Positions 41,330 to 54,199 of a stretch of 64,000 nt of DNA are shown here, in pieces. The DNA is from Octopus vulgaris (taxonomy: Eukaryota). The stretch's first letter is position 1; the number at the start of each line of letters is the position of its first letter. The translations under genes and the position numbers were made by a program. Below the pieces are notes generated by a model that searched no databases, was not told the origin of the DNA, and saw only the letters and a program-made list of their open reading frames with translations. The stretch spans positions 28,210,001 to 28,274,000 of the forward strand of contig OX597821.1 of the NCBI GenBank assembly GCA_951406725.2. The letters are read 5' to 3'.

Positions 41330-42199
41330 CATCATCATCATCATCATCATCACTGATATCACTGATATTATTGTTTTTATCTTTTTATTATTTGTCAATG
41401 TTTTATTAACAGATTCAGAGTTAACGCAGGCCTATGCAGTGCAGGGGTGCTCACATGGGCAGCCGCATAGAAAATTACACTATTCGATCTGGCCTTCGTG
41501 AGCAATGTTAGTTGTAATTCGAAACAGATGTTTCTTGATTGATGAATACAAATAAGACTATTTAAATAGTTTATCTTAGACTCTTAACCGATTTTACTAT
41601 AATTCTATGAGTATTAATAAATATAAATATCCAAACTTTACTAATATTGCTTGGGTAGTTAGTTTTAGATGTACAATTACAATACTGATACGATATGCGT
41701 ATTTGCACGCTGACAGTTTGGTTGACGTTATGTTTAAATTGTGGATAGGCTCAGAATATATAGACTGTTGTTAATGTATATTTAGCGAGACGCATGTGGT
41801 ATATACAGTAATACAAATTGAAAGAAAAATCAGAGAACAGTGTAATAATTTTTGCTCAGAGAGCAGTGTAATAATGCTTACTCGTTAATTGGGGATTAAT
41901 TAGGCTTAAACTCAGCTGGTGCAAAAGTGATGGAGCCATTCCTCACTGTAGATTCAACGCTTATTTATTTAGCAATTTAGCAATCTAAAAATGCGATGAT
42001 GTTAATTTGTAACTTGCGACCCACCGCCACAAATTGCTATAATATTTACTAGATTCCAATAATATAAGTACTGCCGAAAATTGTAATATGAGTAATTCTG
42101 GGCGTTTTCCATTTCTTGTGTTAAAGGGTGACTGATACAATCAATTGTATAACGTATTTCAAACAATACTGCTCTGTGTCAAAAATATGTATACACTAG

Positions 42200-42420
42200 T
42201 GTATGCAATGAAATAAAAATTATGTTTGAACACCTGGGATCATAGATCTGCATCAGAGGTGCCAAGCGTTTATATACCAAGCACGAGAACAACAACGAGC
42301 TACGAAGCATGAAAGGATGACGCTAAATGTAATACAGACAGAATCTACCTACCAAAGAAAGGCAGAGGATCACTAAATACTAAAATCACCGTTATAAAAT
42401 TGCGATACTGAGTCAGAAAT
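42200..42420 (+). pseudogene. Degenerate R4/Dong-like fragment
   Basis: KCNTDRIYLPKKGRGSL resembles KSDTERLYVPRKTGESGL. Confidence 0.5.
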
Positions 42421-42777
42421 ATCATGTTGTGCAGAGTAAAGAAAGAATATTGTCGGCAACACGAAATACCAAATAAGTGACTTAAACAGTAAGAGAATTC
42501 AAAGATAAAGGAAGAACGGCAAATGCAGGGAAATAAATGAAACTATCTGGCCTATTGATGCAGAAATTCGAGATTGTTTGAAGTGATGAACCCTGGCTCT
42601 GACGGATGGTAATTGATAGGGGCCTATCAAGGCATTCAATGATTTTCTTCACCCTTCGTGTCTGGAAGTCATTTGGCTAGGAATGTAAACAAAATCGAAG
42701 GAAGAAATATTCATAATAATAATAATCATGATAATTATGATGATGATGATCATAATAATAATAATAATAATAATAAA

Positions 42778-43295
<518 letters not shown>

Positions 43296-43297
<2 letters not shown>

Positions 43298-43580
43298 GGT
43301 TGTGGATGATTAAAGGGATTTAAAACCGGAAACGGAGGCTCTAATATGCGCTGCCCAAGAGCAAGCACCAAGAATAAACTACATAAAATACAGAATAGAC
43401 AACACAGCAGAAAGTCATAAGTGCAGATTCTGTGGACAAAATGTTGAAAACATATGGCATATTGCTAGCCAATGTACGCCACTGGCCCAGAAAGAATATA
43501 AGAGACGCTACGACAATACAGTCAGGCTTGTCCATTAGGTAATTTGCAACAAGTATGGACTTGACAGAGCAAAAAATTGT
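43296..43580 (+). mobile_element. R4/Dong-like LINE fragment fused to the SINE 3' end
   Basis: Matches the reverse complement of ~38215-38500 (WMIK.DLKPETEALICAAQEQA...KCRFCGQNVENIWHIASQCTPLAQKEYKRRYDN). Confidence 0.85.
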
Positions 43581-44402
43581 CTTACTGCATATCTATCTAC
43601 TGTACCTCATCGCACACTGAGATTAATATAAATTCTATAATTTATCCTTATTACATTTTAAACTTTAACCCAATAAATCCCTTACTATAAAACCCTAAAT
43701 CTAACTCCCACTCATAACTTAACATTCAACTAGCTATTCCTTTCTCGGCTACCTACGCATACAAATTCCATTGCTAAAAAGAACTCAACACTCACTGATC
43801 TTAGCCAAGACAGACACCAGCAATTACTCTCAAATTTCCTCCCCAAGAACTTTAGACTTTGTGACTACCAGACATCTACTACTCCCATTAAATTTCTTTC
43901 ATCTCGCTATATTTTTTTTACCCTATCTTCCTCTACCGCCTTCTCTCTCTTATCTTCTCCGCTACCCCGTACGCAATTCTAAGACAGCATACACATATGC
44001 ACCTTACTTTATCCTATAGCCAATCCTTAACCCCCCTACCTCACTCTATCTACTACTCTTTCTATTTCTTTTCTTTTCTTTAACCAATTAATAGCCACCT
44101 CCACTACCATTCTGTTATTGAACGTTGATATGTTCACGTCTTTTTCATAGGATGTCTACCACACCCTGAATTTAACCCACATGCATATACACAGGATTGC
44201 ACCTAAAGACTTACGCTCATGGATCTACGAAGGATTGCACCTAAGGACTCACGCACTGGTTTCTATAACTTCAGAATGTTGAACTATGCGTGTTGTGCTT
44301 CGTTTTCATCTCTCTTTCCATCTTATTCTTTTACTCCCTTCCTCTATGTTGTAATCTTATTGATATACACCATTCTCATTTTCCATATGTTTCCCCCTAT
44401 TT

Positions 44403-44458
44403 GTCTCTGATGACGTAATATCCCATACTCGGTCTTATCCCAGAAACAGCTGTAAGGT
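44403..44458 (+). ncRNA. Degenerate minimal type-I HHR at the end of a pyrimidine-rich Penelope-like tail (~43580-44520)
   Basis: CTGATGA 44407-44413, GAAA 44443-44446, palindromic ACAGCTGT and a GUA site. Stems I and II are eroded. Confidence 0.55.
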
Positions 44459-44520
44459 TTTTGAATTTCTTCCTATAATAATATTGCATATATTTGCTTC
44501 GCCTTACTGCTTGACGTCCC

Positions 44521-44609
<89 letters not shown>

Positions 44610-44610
<1 letters not shown>

Positions 44611-45560
44611 ACGGGAAGGTTTACGAAAATAAACAAAAGACGAAGGCAGGTGGAGTACAAACAAACAAATGTATTAGTATGGCGCTCAGGAATAGAAATA
44701 GAACAAGTCTTTTACGTTTTGAGCCTACGCTCTTCGACAGAAAGATACACAGAAAAAAAACAAGGGGAGAAACTAGGAGAGAAAAAAATGCGTGTAGGTG
44801 CTAACGATCTATCATGGCGTTCTGACTTCAGGCAGAGGTCAGAGGTCAGAGGTCAGACGTTAGACGCTAGAGGGACAGTAGGGGAGATAACAGGGTCAAG
44901 TGACTTCCAAAACCAAGGTGGCCCCAACACAAAGGTGCGTGTGTGTGTAAGAGAGTATGTATGTGCGTGTGAAAGAGGGCTGGTGGTCTGGACGTGTGTA
45001 TGTATGTATGTGTGGGTGTGGAGATATTGGGATGGGTGTGTAGGTGGTGTGTTGTGATGTGATGTGTAATGTTGTATAGTGTAGTGTAGTGTGGTGTGAT
45101 GTTGTGGGGAGGTGGGGGGAGAGAGTGGGGAAAGCCCATTTGGGGTGTGGGTTCGGCTGGGGTTTGGGGTAGAGTGGGGGTTGTGGGGAGAGTGAGAAGG
45201 GGAGAGAAGAGAGGGGAGGGGATGAGTGAGAGCGGAGGGAGGAGATGGGGGAGAGAGGAGGAGAAGGAGAGAAGGGAGAGGAGGGAGAGGAGGAGAAGGA
45301 GGGGGAGTGGTAGGGAGAGGATGACGAGGGGAGTGAGAGATCAGAGAGAAAGAGAGAAGGGGAAGAGGGAAGAAGAGAGAAGAAGAGAAGAAAGTAAAGA
45401 AGGGAAAGAGAGTAGGGGTGAAAAGATGAAGGACTGAAGAGAAGTAGGAGTTAGGGGGAGGTTAGATGAAAAAGGGGGGGGAGTTCAGCCCAAATGGCGT
45501 AAAAGAGCAGAGAGAGAAGATTAATCTCTGTTCACGGCGCAAGCGGGAATCCGGATGGCC
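44610..45560 (-). mobile_element. Penelope-like element 3' fragment: GIY-YIG C-terminus, C/T-rich UTR and HHR
   Basis: 45560->45462 translates GHPDSRLRREQRLIFSLCSFTPFGLNSPPFFI*, matching the R..RE..LI..L....P.GLN motif. HHR at 44709-44744. Ends in (TA)n. Confidence 0.8.
44709..44744 (-). ncRNA. Variant minimal HHR (core CUGUCGA; G12 mutated in this copy)
   Basis: Minus strand: CTTT CTGTCGA A GAGC gtag GCTC AAAA CG TA AAAG. Confidence 0.6.
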
Positions 45561-45579
45561 TCTGTATATATATATATAC

Positions 45580-45984
45580 TCTCCTTTACTCTTTTACTTG
45601 TGTCTGTCATTCGACTGTGGCCAATGAGGAGCACCGCCTTTAGTCGAGCGAATCGACTCCAAGAGTTATTCTTTGTAAGCCTAGTACTTATTCTATCGGG
45701 CTCTTTTGCCGAACCGCTAATTTACGGAGACGTAAACACACCAGCATCGCTTGTCAAGCGATGTGGCGGGTGGGGGGCAATCACAGAAACATATACACAC
45801 TCATACATATATACATATGTATATATACGACGTGCTTCTTTCAGTTTCCGTCTAGCAAATCCAATCACAAGGCTTTGGTCGGCCCGAGGCTATAGTAGAA
45901 GACATTTGCCCAAGGTGTAACGCAGTGGGTGTGAACCAGGAACCATGTGTTCGTAAGCAAACTACTTACCACATAGTCATTCTT

Positions 45985-45987
<3 letters not shown>
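45580..45987 (-). mobile_element. tRNA-derived SINE family A, full length
   Basis: Colinear with 55730-56131. Confidence 0.9.
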
Positions 45988-46015
<28 letters not shown>

Positions 46016-46367
46016 CATTCAAGGGTAGAACAGAAAGAATACAACGAGCGGAAATTCAACAGAGAATAACATGCGGAAAGAGACGATAATATATCAAACG
46101 GGAAACTGGACAAAAAACAAGATACATCGATCATCCACAGCCGACTTCCTCATCAGTTAGTGTACGAAAAGTCCTAGTAATTTCATGCTTTTTTACGACT
46201 AGTACCGCTCGAATCCGGCAAGCTCCTGAGCATTAAGCTAAAACCATGAAGCTTCTGAAAAAAGCAAACATGTATACAGTAACGAACACAAGAAAAAAAA
46301 GCTAGTATTATACACATACAATAGACGCTTTTCGGCTATGCAACAAAAGGAAAACAATTGTACAATA

Positions 46368-46530
46368 GCGGTGCATGAGCAGCTGTGTGGTAAGTACCTT
46401 GCTTACCAATCACATGGTTCCGGGTTCAGTCCCACTGCGTGGCTCCTTGGGCAAATGTCTTCTACTATAGCCTCGGGCCGACCAATGCCTTGTGAGTGGA
46501 TTCGGTAGACGGATATTGAAAGAAGCCCGT

Positions 46531-46532
<2 letters not shown>
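46368..46532 (+). mobile_element. SINE family A, 5' half ending at its internal (TA)n
   Basis: Head and body run to GAAAGAAGCCCG, followed by (TA)n and a Penelope-like fold-back. Confidence 0.85.
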
Positions 46533-46574
<42 letters not shown>

Positions 46575-46579
<5 letters not shown>

Positions 46580-46860
46580 GGTCGAATAACGACACGTGTT
46601 TCGTGGTTATATTTAAGAAATGATTATAGTAGTAGTGATTTCACTACTACTATAATCATTTCTTAATATAGCCACTAAACACGTGTCGTTATTCTACCTA
46701 TTATATACGTTTTTATTATTTTTTTGCAATTTACTTAATCATTGACATTTTATTGTTATTTCAATTTTAATATTTCTATTATATGTAATTTTCTAGATGT
46801 TGTAAGTTAATTGTTCATTTTAAATTGATAAAAGTTTTTTTTTCTCATTTTTTTAATATA
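46575..46860. repeat. Fold-back copy of the HHR-bearing element at 52911-53160
   Basis: 46575-46638 is the reverse complement of 46641-46706 (2 nt loop). 46641-46860 matches ~52950-53160. Confidence 0.9.
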
Positions 46861-46951
46861 TATATTATATTGTGTGAAATTTGATTTAGTATTTCTAAAT
46901 TGAATTTTTTTTTCCTTGTAAGTTTGGATTTTATTCCCTCAAATAATAATA

Positions 46952-47008
<57 letters not shown>

Positions 47009-47064
47009 AGTGCGTATGTATGCATGCTTATATGTATGTGTGTATATATACATATACATATATT

Positions 47065-47100
<36 letters not shown>

Positions 47101-48467
47101 TACATACACACACATATATATATATATATGTATAGATGCGTACACTTGTCTTATGAATGACTTCTGAAGAAGTCCATATCCACTTGATGTGTTACTTAGT
47201 AAATATGCTTGGCGTCACTGTACTTATTTCTTCTGGGGAGATTAAACGTCTCTGCATTCAGAAGGAGTCCAAGATGAAGCACCCACCTAGTTTGAGTTGG
47301 TTAGTTCAATTTTATCTAGATTATGTAGATGGTATAAACTGTGCAGAAAGACAATATCTTTTAATATGTTTCAAAAACAATTCTATGAGTAACAAGTACC
47401 TATTTGAAAGTTAACATATCCTTACTTACACAAGTTTACGACTCGGCAGTAAGACGTTTAATGTGTGGAAGTATTATAAATAAGTTATCCTGTATACCTT
47501 TAATAAATACACTCTGGAGAATAGAGAATTGAATGAAAATATGTTTTGTATATTTAAGGCACATTGAAAAAGTTTACAAAATCAGAAAGTTATTGGTTTA
47601 TGTGAAATTCGTATGCTTATTGCGAATTCTATTAATCTAGGTCATTACTGAAATAATAGTATCATGATTGTAACGAGAAACTGAGAGCGACGTTCAGCCT
47701 TGTTCAAAATACAGCAAATTTAACTCTAAAGCAGACTTTACAATAGACATTAATTTTGAATAGAGAAACTAAGATATATTAGTGCACAATTGAAATATGA
47801 TCCAAAAGTAATACAGCGTTTTATTAAATTTTAAAAGTTTCTCTTTTACTTCTCTATTTTTTGCATCCAAACTGGTTTTCTAGTTCACAGTGGATATACT
47901 TTTAATATTTTGTACTTAAAGAATTGCTTAAAATCATATTATTCTGAGCCAACCAGAAGAAAATTTAAAACAGGATAAATACATATATTGCTATATGATT
48001 CATCATCATGGCTTATTCACTGTATAAAAGTATTATATATGAACCTGGATCTAACTTTGAAAATATATAGTACAATTTCTGGAACGCTGATACTTTTGAA
48101 GTTTTAGCATCAAGGAAGAAAGAAAATATATTTTTTAATAAATCGCTACAAATATTTATCTATCTGACATGAAAAACATAAAATAGTTTGAGTTCATAAG
48201 ATTTCTTATACACATTATATATGATGAAAATCTTTATAGCTTCACAGCTGTTTGATATTTATTTGAGATAAATTATATAAAGTGTCCGCTCAAAGCAATA
48301 TTTCATATTTTTTTGTCTTGTAGACGAAATTATTTCGTTTATCAATGAATAATAATTGCATGTGTCTACGTATGAAATTTTGCATCTGAATTCATACGAA
48401 ATGCAAGTTTCTATAATCGAGCTCGAGCAAAATAAGATTAACTGTCAACCACATCACACACACACAC

Positions 48468-48555
<88 letters not shown>

Positions 48556-48556
<1 letters not shown>

Positions 48557-48721
48557 GTAAATTATTTTATTGGCCACAAGGGCTGACAAAAATTAATTAT
48601 AACATAAAGAGACAAAACACAGGACCAAAGTTACAAAGGGTTTTGTCCGTTTGAAAATCCGAGTAAAAAACACTATAACAACGAAAATATTTAACAATGA
48701 AAAACTCCCAATAGGGAGAGA

Positions 48722-48781
<60 letters not shown>

Positions 48782-48947
48782 GTAAATAATTTTATTGGCC
48801 ACAAGGGCTGACAAAAATTAATTATAACATAAAGAGACAAAACACAGGACCAAAGTTACAAAGGGTTTTGTCCGTTTGAAAATCCGAGTAAAAAACACTA
48901 TAACAACGAAAATATTTAACAATGAAAAACTCCCAATAGGGAGAGAG
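48556..48947 (-). repeat. Tandem duplication of a 167 bp retroposon-like 3' end separated by (TAA)n
   Basis: 48556-48722 and 48781-48947 differ at about one base. The minus strand ends ...GTGGCCAATAAA plus (TTA)n. Confidence 0.9.
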
Positions 48948-48963
48948 TAATAATAATTATAAT

Positions 48964-49036
<73 letters not shown>

Positions 49037-50113
49037 TAAAGGAAAGCAAAAAATTTGCTATTGATCTCGTGCAGGATACCCAAACTGAACAACCCGAGGG
49101 AAGTACGGCAACTATTGTTGCAAAGAAGGTGAAAATGATGGCAATGAAAAAAGCGCACGAGCAATTGGCTGATAGGTGGGAGGAGAAACCTCTGCACGGC
49201 AAATATGTGACCCGCAGCAAACAAGCTGATGTTGACCAGAAGCAATCCCATCAGTGGCTACGGAGCTCAGGGCTAAAGGCAGATAGCGAAGGTTTCATCC
49301 TGGCTGCTCAAGATCAAAGCCTATTAACCCGGAACTACCAGGCCAATGTGACGAAAAATGGAGCAGACCCAAAATGCCGATTCTGCAACGACATGATTGA
49401 AACAGTGGACCACCTAATCTCTGGATGTAAAGTCTTAGCACCAGTGGAGTATAAATTAAGACATGACAGAGTTGGCCAATATCTCCACTGGCTAATAAGT
49501 CGCCATTACAATATCAAAACTGCCGACAAGTGGTATAATCACCACCCTGAGGCTGTAACTGAAGGAGAAAAAAGTAACCATTCTGTGGGACTTTCCAGTA
49601 CATACAGACCGAACCAACAAGACCAATAAACCAGATATTTTTGTGAAAGACCAAAACAATAAAGCTTGTTTATTGATCGACATGAGCATCCCCTGTGATC
49701 ATAATATCTCAGCGAAAGAGTTTGACAAGCTCAGAAAATATAAAGACCTACTCATTGAAATTGAGAAAATGTGGCATCTCAAGGCGGTTACAATACCAGT
49801 GATCATAGGAGCACTAGGAATGATCAAGAAGGGAACCGAAAATTATATGAGAATGATCCCTGGCTTACCATCCCTGCAAGAAGTGCAAAAGATTGTCTTA
49901 ACTGGTACATCACACGTATTGAGAAGAGCATTGTCGATGTGAGAACTGTTGCTGCTCATGTATTTTAATTTAACTTAAAAAAAAAAAAAAAAATGAACGA
50001 ACTACTGAGTTTGGTTTAATGGCCTACCAATGTATACTAAGAGTTTCTTTGCCCTAGGAGTCGGAAGACACTCGGCAAGAAATGGAAGCAAATTTGAAAG
50101 AAGAAAAAAAAAA

Positions 50114-50115
<2 letters not shown>
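49037..50115 (+). mobile_element. 5'-truncated young R4/Dong-clade LINE (CCHC plus RLE endonuclease and 3' UTR)
   Basis: WEEKPLHGKY, CRFC..ETVDHLISGC, RHD, NKPDIFV, LLIDMSIP and KLRKYKDL. One frameshift in the A run near 49570. (AAT)n lies on both sides. Confidence 0.93.
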
Positions 50116-50150
<35 letters not shown>

Positions 50151-50414
50151 TAATAATAATAAACAATAACAATAATCAAATTATAAATATTTTAATGCAT
50201 ACGCGCGTTTCCACTAGTCAAATTTTACTTAAGGTCATAGTCCGTATCTCTGATGTGATTACAGTGCGATCCGTAGTAGCTATGGACATCGCGAAAACCA
50301 TTCTAATTATCGCAGGAATATGAACCGTGATCTTAAGAAACATGCGGCTTGTGCAAACGTGCGTGGCGATGCATTACATAGCGATGCATTAATATTTATA
50401 AATTCTATACAACG

Positions 50415-50652
<238 letters not shown>

Positions 50653-50839
50653 TTATCTGATGTTATATCAGGACAACTCGGTGGGACACTGGTATCACAA
50701 GTTGGCATCATTGGGCTGCAGGTGGGGTAATAGTATAGGAACTTTCATTTGCATATTCAAAACGTTTCCTGTTTTATGTGTGTTTGTGTGTGTGTGTATG
50801 TATGTATCTATGTATATATCTATAATATATGTAATATAA

Positions 50840-50883
<44 letters not shown>

Positions 50884-52857
50884 CATACATATACATGCAT
50901 ACATACATATGGTTGTGTGTACGTCCGTGTGTGCGTATATGTATGTGTATGTGAATGTGTTGCAATAATTCCTTCCTTATCTAATCAAGGTTTACCGCAG
51001 CAAAAGACTGATTTCATTTGTTTCACCTTGCACAATCTATCGGAATTATTATGAAACACTGAGCAGTAACAACGTGAACATAGGCATCCCTTTCAATAAA
51101 TAAACTTAATTTTGCTCATTCATCTGAGTTTACTTCCTAAAGTATTGAGTTTGCACTATGTGGGTGAACACACTTTAGAGTTTATTCATCTGATATAGTT
51201 TCCCGGTAGATTTTTTTCAATCCCTAACAGGATTTACTGAATAATTCAGACTAAATACAGATGCTGTACAATTATTGGAAGCAGACTCATACACCCACAG
51301 AAGAGAGAATGAATATTGTAATAACATGCTTTAACCACTATAGTATTATTAAGATAAGGATATAATTAGACTATTAGAAATGAAGCCAACCGCCTCGCTT
51401 ACACCCATACTAACGAAGTTTTACTTTGCCAACAACGAAAGAATGCCAAATAAATAAATATGATTAAATTATGTCATCAGCCCAGAAGGTTGCCATAGAA
51501 ATACAATGTATCACACAAAATAAAAACAAATGAAAGTCTATATCATTAACAAATTATATAATTACTGATACAGTTACAGGATTTGTATGGTAAAAAAAGG
51601 ATGAGTGAGAAATAGGTAAAATAATGCAGATAAACTAAAGCGGCTGCGTGAGTTTATATGCTTTTATAATATGACTCCCCTGGAATATGACTATATTGAT
51701 TTCAGCACATTTTTGAACAAAATTATGACAATGCTAATTTAAAAGAAGAATAGTAAACAAGATATTGCAAGCTTTAGACAAACTAGCAAGAACCTGAAAG
51801 AGCATCGAATTTTGTTGATTTAGGACAAAAAAAGAAAAAAGTACAAAATGAAATGTACGAAAATAACAGCTTGAAAATTTCATTACACAAAAATACTTCA
51901 TCTCCAAACAGTTTTACCAGTTTTACCAATTCAGCAATAAACAAAAGCAATAACATTAAAAAAGGAAAAAAATACCTGAAGAAGCTGAAAAATTCAATCA
52001 TGCTTACTACACATTATGTAAATGAAAATATATAAAGCCACTTAAAAAAAAAGAAACAAAAACAAATAGAAAAAATTCTTGTTGCAAAAAATTAAAGACA
52101 TCATTACTTCATGTGAAATGGAAAAATAACTCAGTTTTAGCCCAAATACTGATAATCAATCCGGAGGTGATATAAAACTACCTATCCAGAATTTCTGCAG
52201 ATCTCTATACTTCCTGTCTAGCGGCATTTGATCCTGCTGTTTGCCTTTTGTCTGTGAAGTTCAAATACAGCTATGGTCTACTTGAGCGATCCAATTCAAC
52301 CTCCTCATCTATCAGCTTGGGTGTATTGGATGTGTTATTTTGGAAGTTCTTACTTCAAATGGGTGTTGTTTTCTAAATACTATTTCCATCATAACATGTC
52401 TCAGTAACAGACCAGAATGCACTGTTTTTTCTAGGCTCAAAATCTCACCGAAAGTCATTATGGAAGAACGTTTTGATATCTTCATACCCGATTCTAACAA
52501 CATAATCTCAGATCATAAATCAAACATTGAACTAGTTCAGACACTTAGCTGCCAAACTGACATGAAGGGTTTAGTCAACGCTATAAATCATTCATGAAAG
52601 AAAGCGATTCACAAACATTTTTTGGTGGGTGCAAAATAAGAACTAGCACAACAATATTACCATGGATATGCGAAGAAAGCAATCTGATTGTAGGCAATCT
52701 TAATATATAAATGTTTTGTAAATGATATATGATGCTGATTCTGGAAGGTGACCGATTAATCTTCTTATATTTATATATGTGTATGTATGAATGAGCACAA
52801 TCATATACATGAATACACATACACACTCCATTTTTGTCTTTGTTTTCTTTATTGGCA

Positions 52858-52912
<55 letters not shown>

Positions 52913-53001
52913 TAACCTGATGAGTGACTATATTTATACCGAAGTGATTTTACTACTACTATAATCATTTCTTAAATATAGCCACGAAACACGTGTCGTT
53001 A
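52913..53001 (+). ncRNA. Type-I hammerhead ribozyme with long stem II
   Basis: Stem I TAAC/GTTA, CTGATGA 52917-52923, stem II GTGACTATATTTA/TAAATATAGCCAC (12 of 13 paired), GAAA, palindromic ACACGTGT. GUC site with predicted cut after 52997. Confidence 0.85.
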
Positions 53002-53759
53002 TTCCACCAATGATATCCGTTTTAATTTTTTTTTTGCAATTTACTTAATCATTGACATTTTATTGTTATTTTAATTCTAATAATTCTAATATATGTAATT
53101 TTCTGGATGGTGTAATTTAATTGTTCATTTTGAATTGATAAAAGCTGTTTTTTTCTAATTTTATATATATATGTATGTGTGTGTGTGATTTCTTTGTGTG
53201 TATGCGTGCCTATGTACGTATATATTTATATATATAAGTGTGTGAGTGTATGTGTTTGTGTGTAGCATAATGTCTTAATGTATAATATGTAAGGATTGCT
53301 TCCCATCACTGTCTTACATTTTCTTACTCGCGATTGATTACTCGTGAGATGGACAATAGCAGAAGCGGGTCATTAAATTAAGCTCTGCATCGTTATTGAT
53401 CAGTTACGAACATCCAGTTTGACGAGAAGTAAACATGTTCAGTATGATATTTAACGAATATCTTATTCGGGAAATGACTAGTTAATGGGGACATATATTG
53501 ATGTTAAGATGCTGTTAATTATGTTTAAAGGCAACAATTGTAAATGAACTATGAATAAAAAATGATTATTCCATGTAATGGATTTTAAGTGACACTCGGT
53601 AACAATGGCAACTTGTTGGAAACATTTTATAATAGATATGAATGAAATTTAATATACTTAATTTGAATAAGATTACTTAGTTGTTCTGAATTGGATACGC
53701 AAGTATAAAGTGAGTGGCAAAACATGACTATATAAATATATGTATATATATATATATAT

Positions 53760-53855
<96 letters not shown>

Positions 53856-53868
53856 TACATATATATAT

Positions 53869-53901
<33 letters not shown>

Positions 53902-54007
53902 GTTGGAATTTACACAAGAATTTACACAAGAAAAACAAAAGACGAAGACAAGTGGTTAAAGAAAAAAAACACGTGGATTAGTTAAACGTTCGGGAGGGTG
54001 AGAAAGG

Positions 54008-54043
54008 CTTTTACGTTTCGAGCCTACGCTTTTCAACAGAAGG
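54008..54043 (-). ncRNA. Variant minimal HHR (core CUGUUGA), same family as 44709
   Basis: Minus strand: CCTT CTGTTGA A AAGC gtag GCTC GAAA CG TA AAAG. Flank 53900-54060 resembles 44610-44770. Confidence 0.6.
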
Positions 54044-54199
54044 AACACGAGAAAATAAACCGAGACAGTGGCTACACACACACACAAAAACGCACGCACA
54101 CACACACACACGCACGCACACACACACACACTCACACACACATGCACATACACACACATGCACATAAACACACATGTACACACACAAGGACATATATAG

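Noticed and set aside
45096-45437. R/E/G-rich 113 aa ORF and G-rich tract
   Set aside because: It is the antisense of the C/T-rich UTR of the Penelope-like element, and it is low complexity.
46140-46170. Minus-strand CTGATGAGG
   Set aside because: No downstream GAAA, stem II or stem III could be found.
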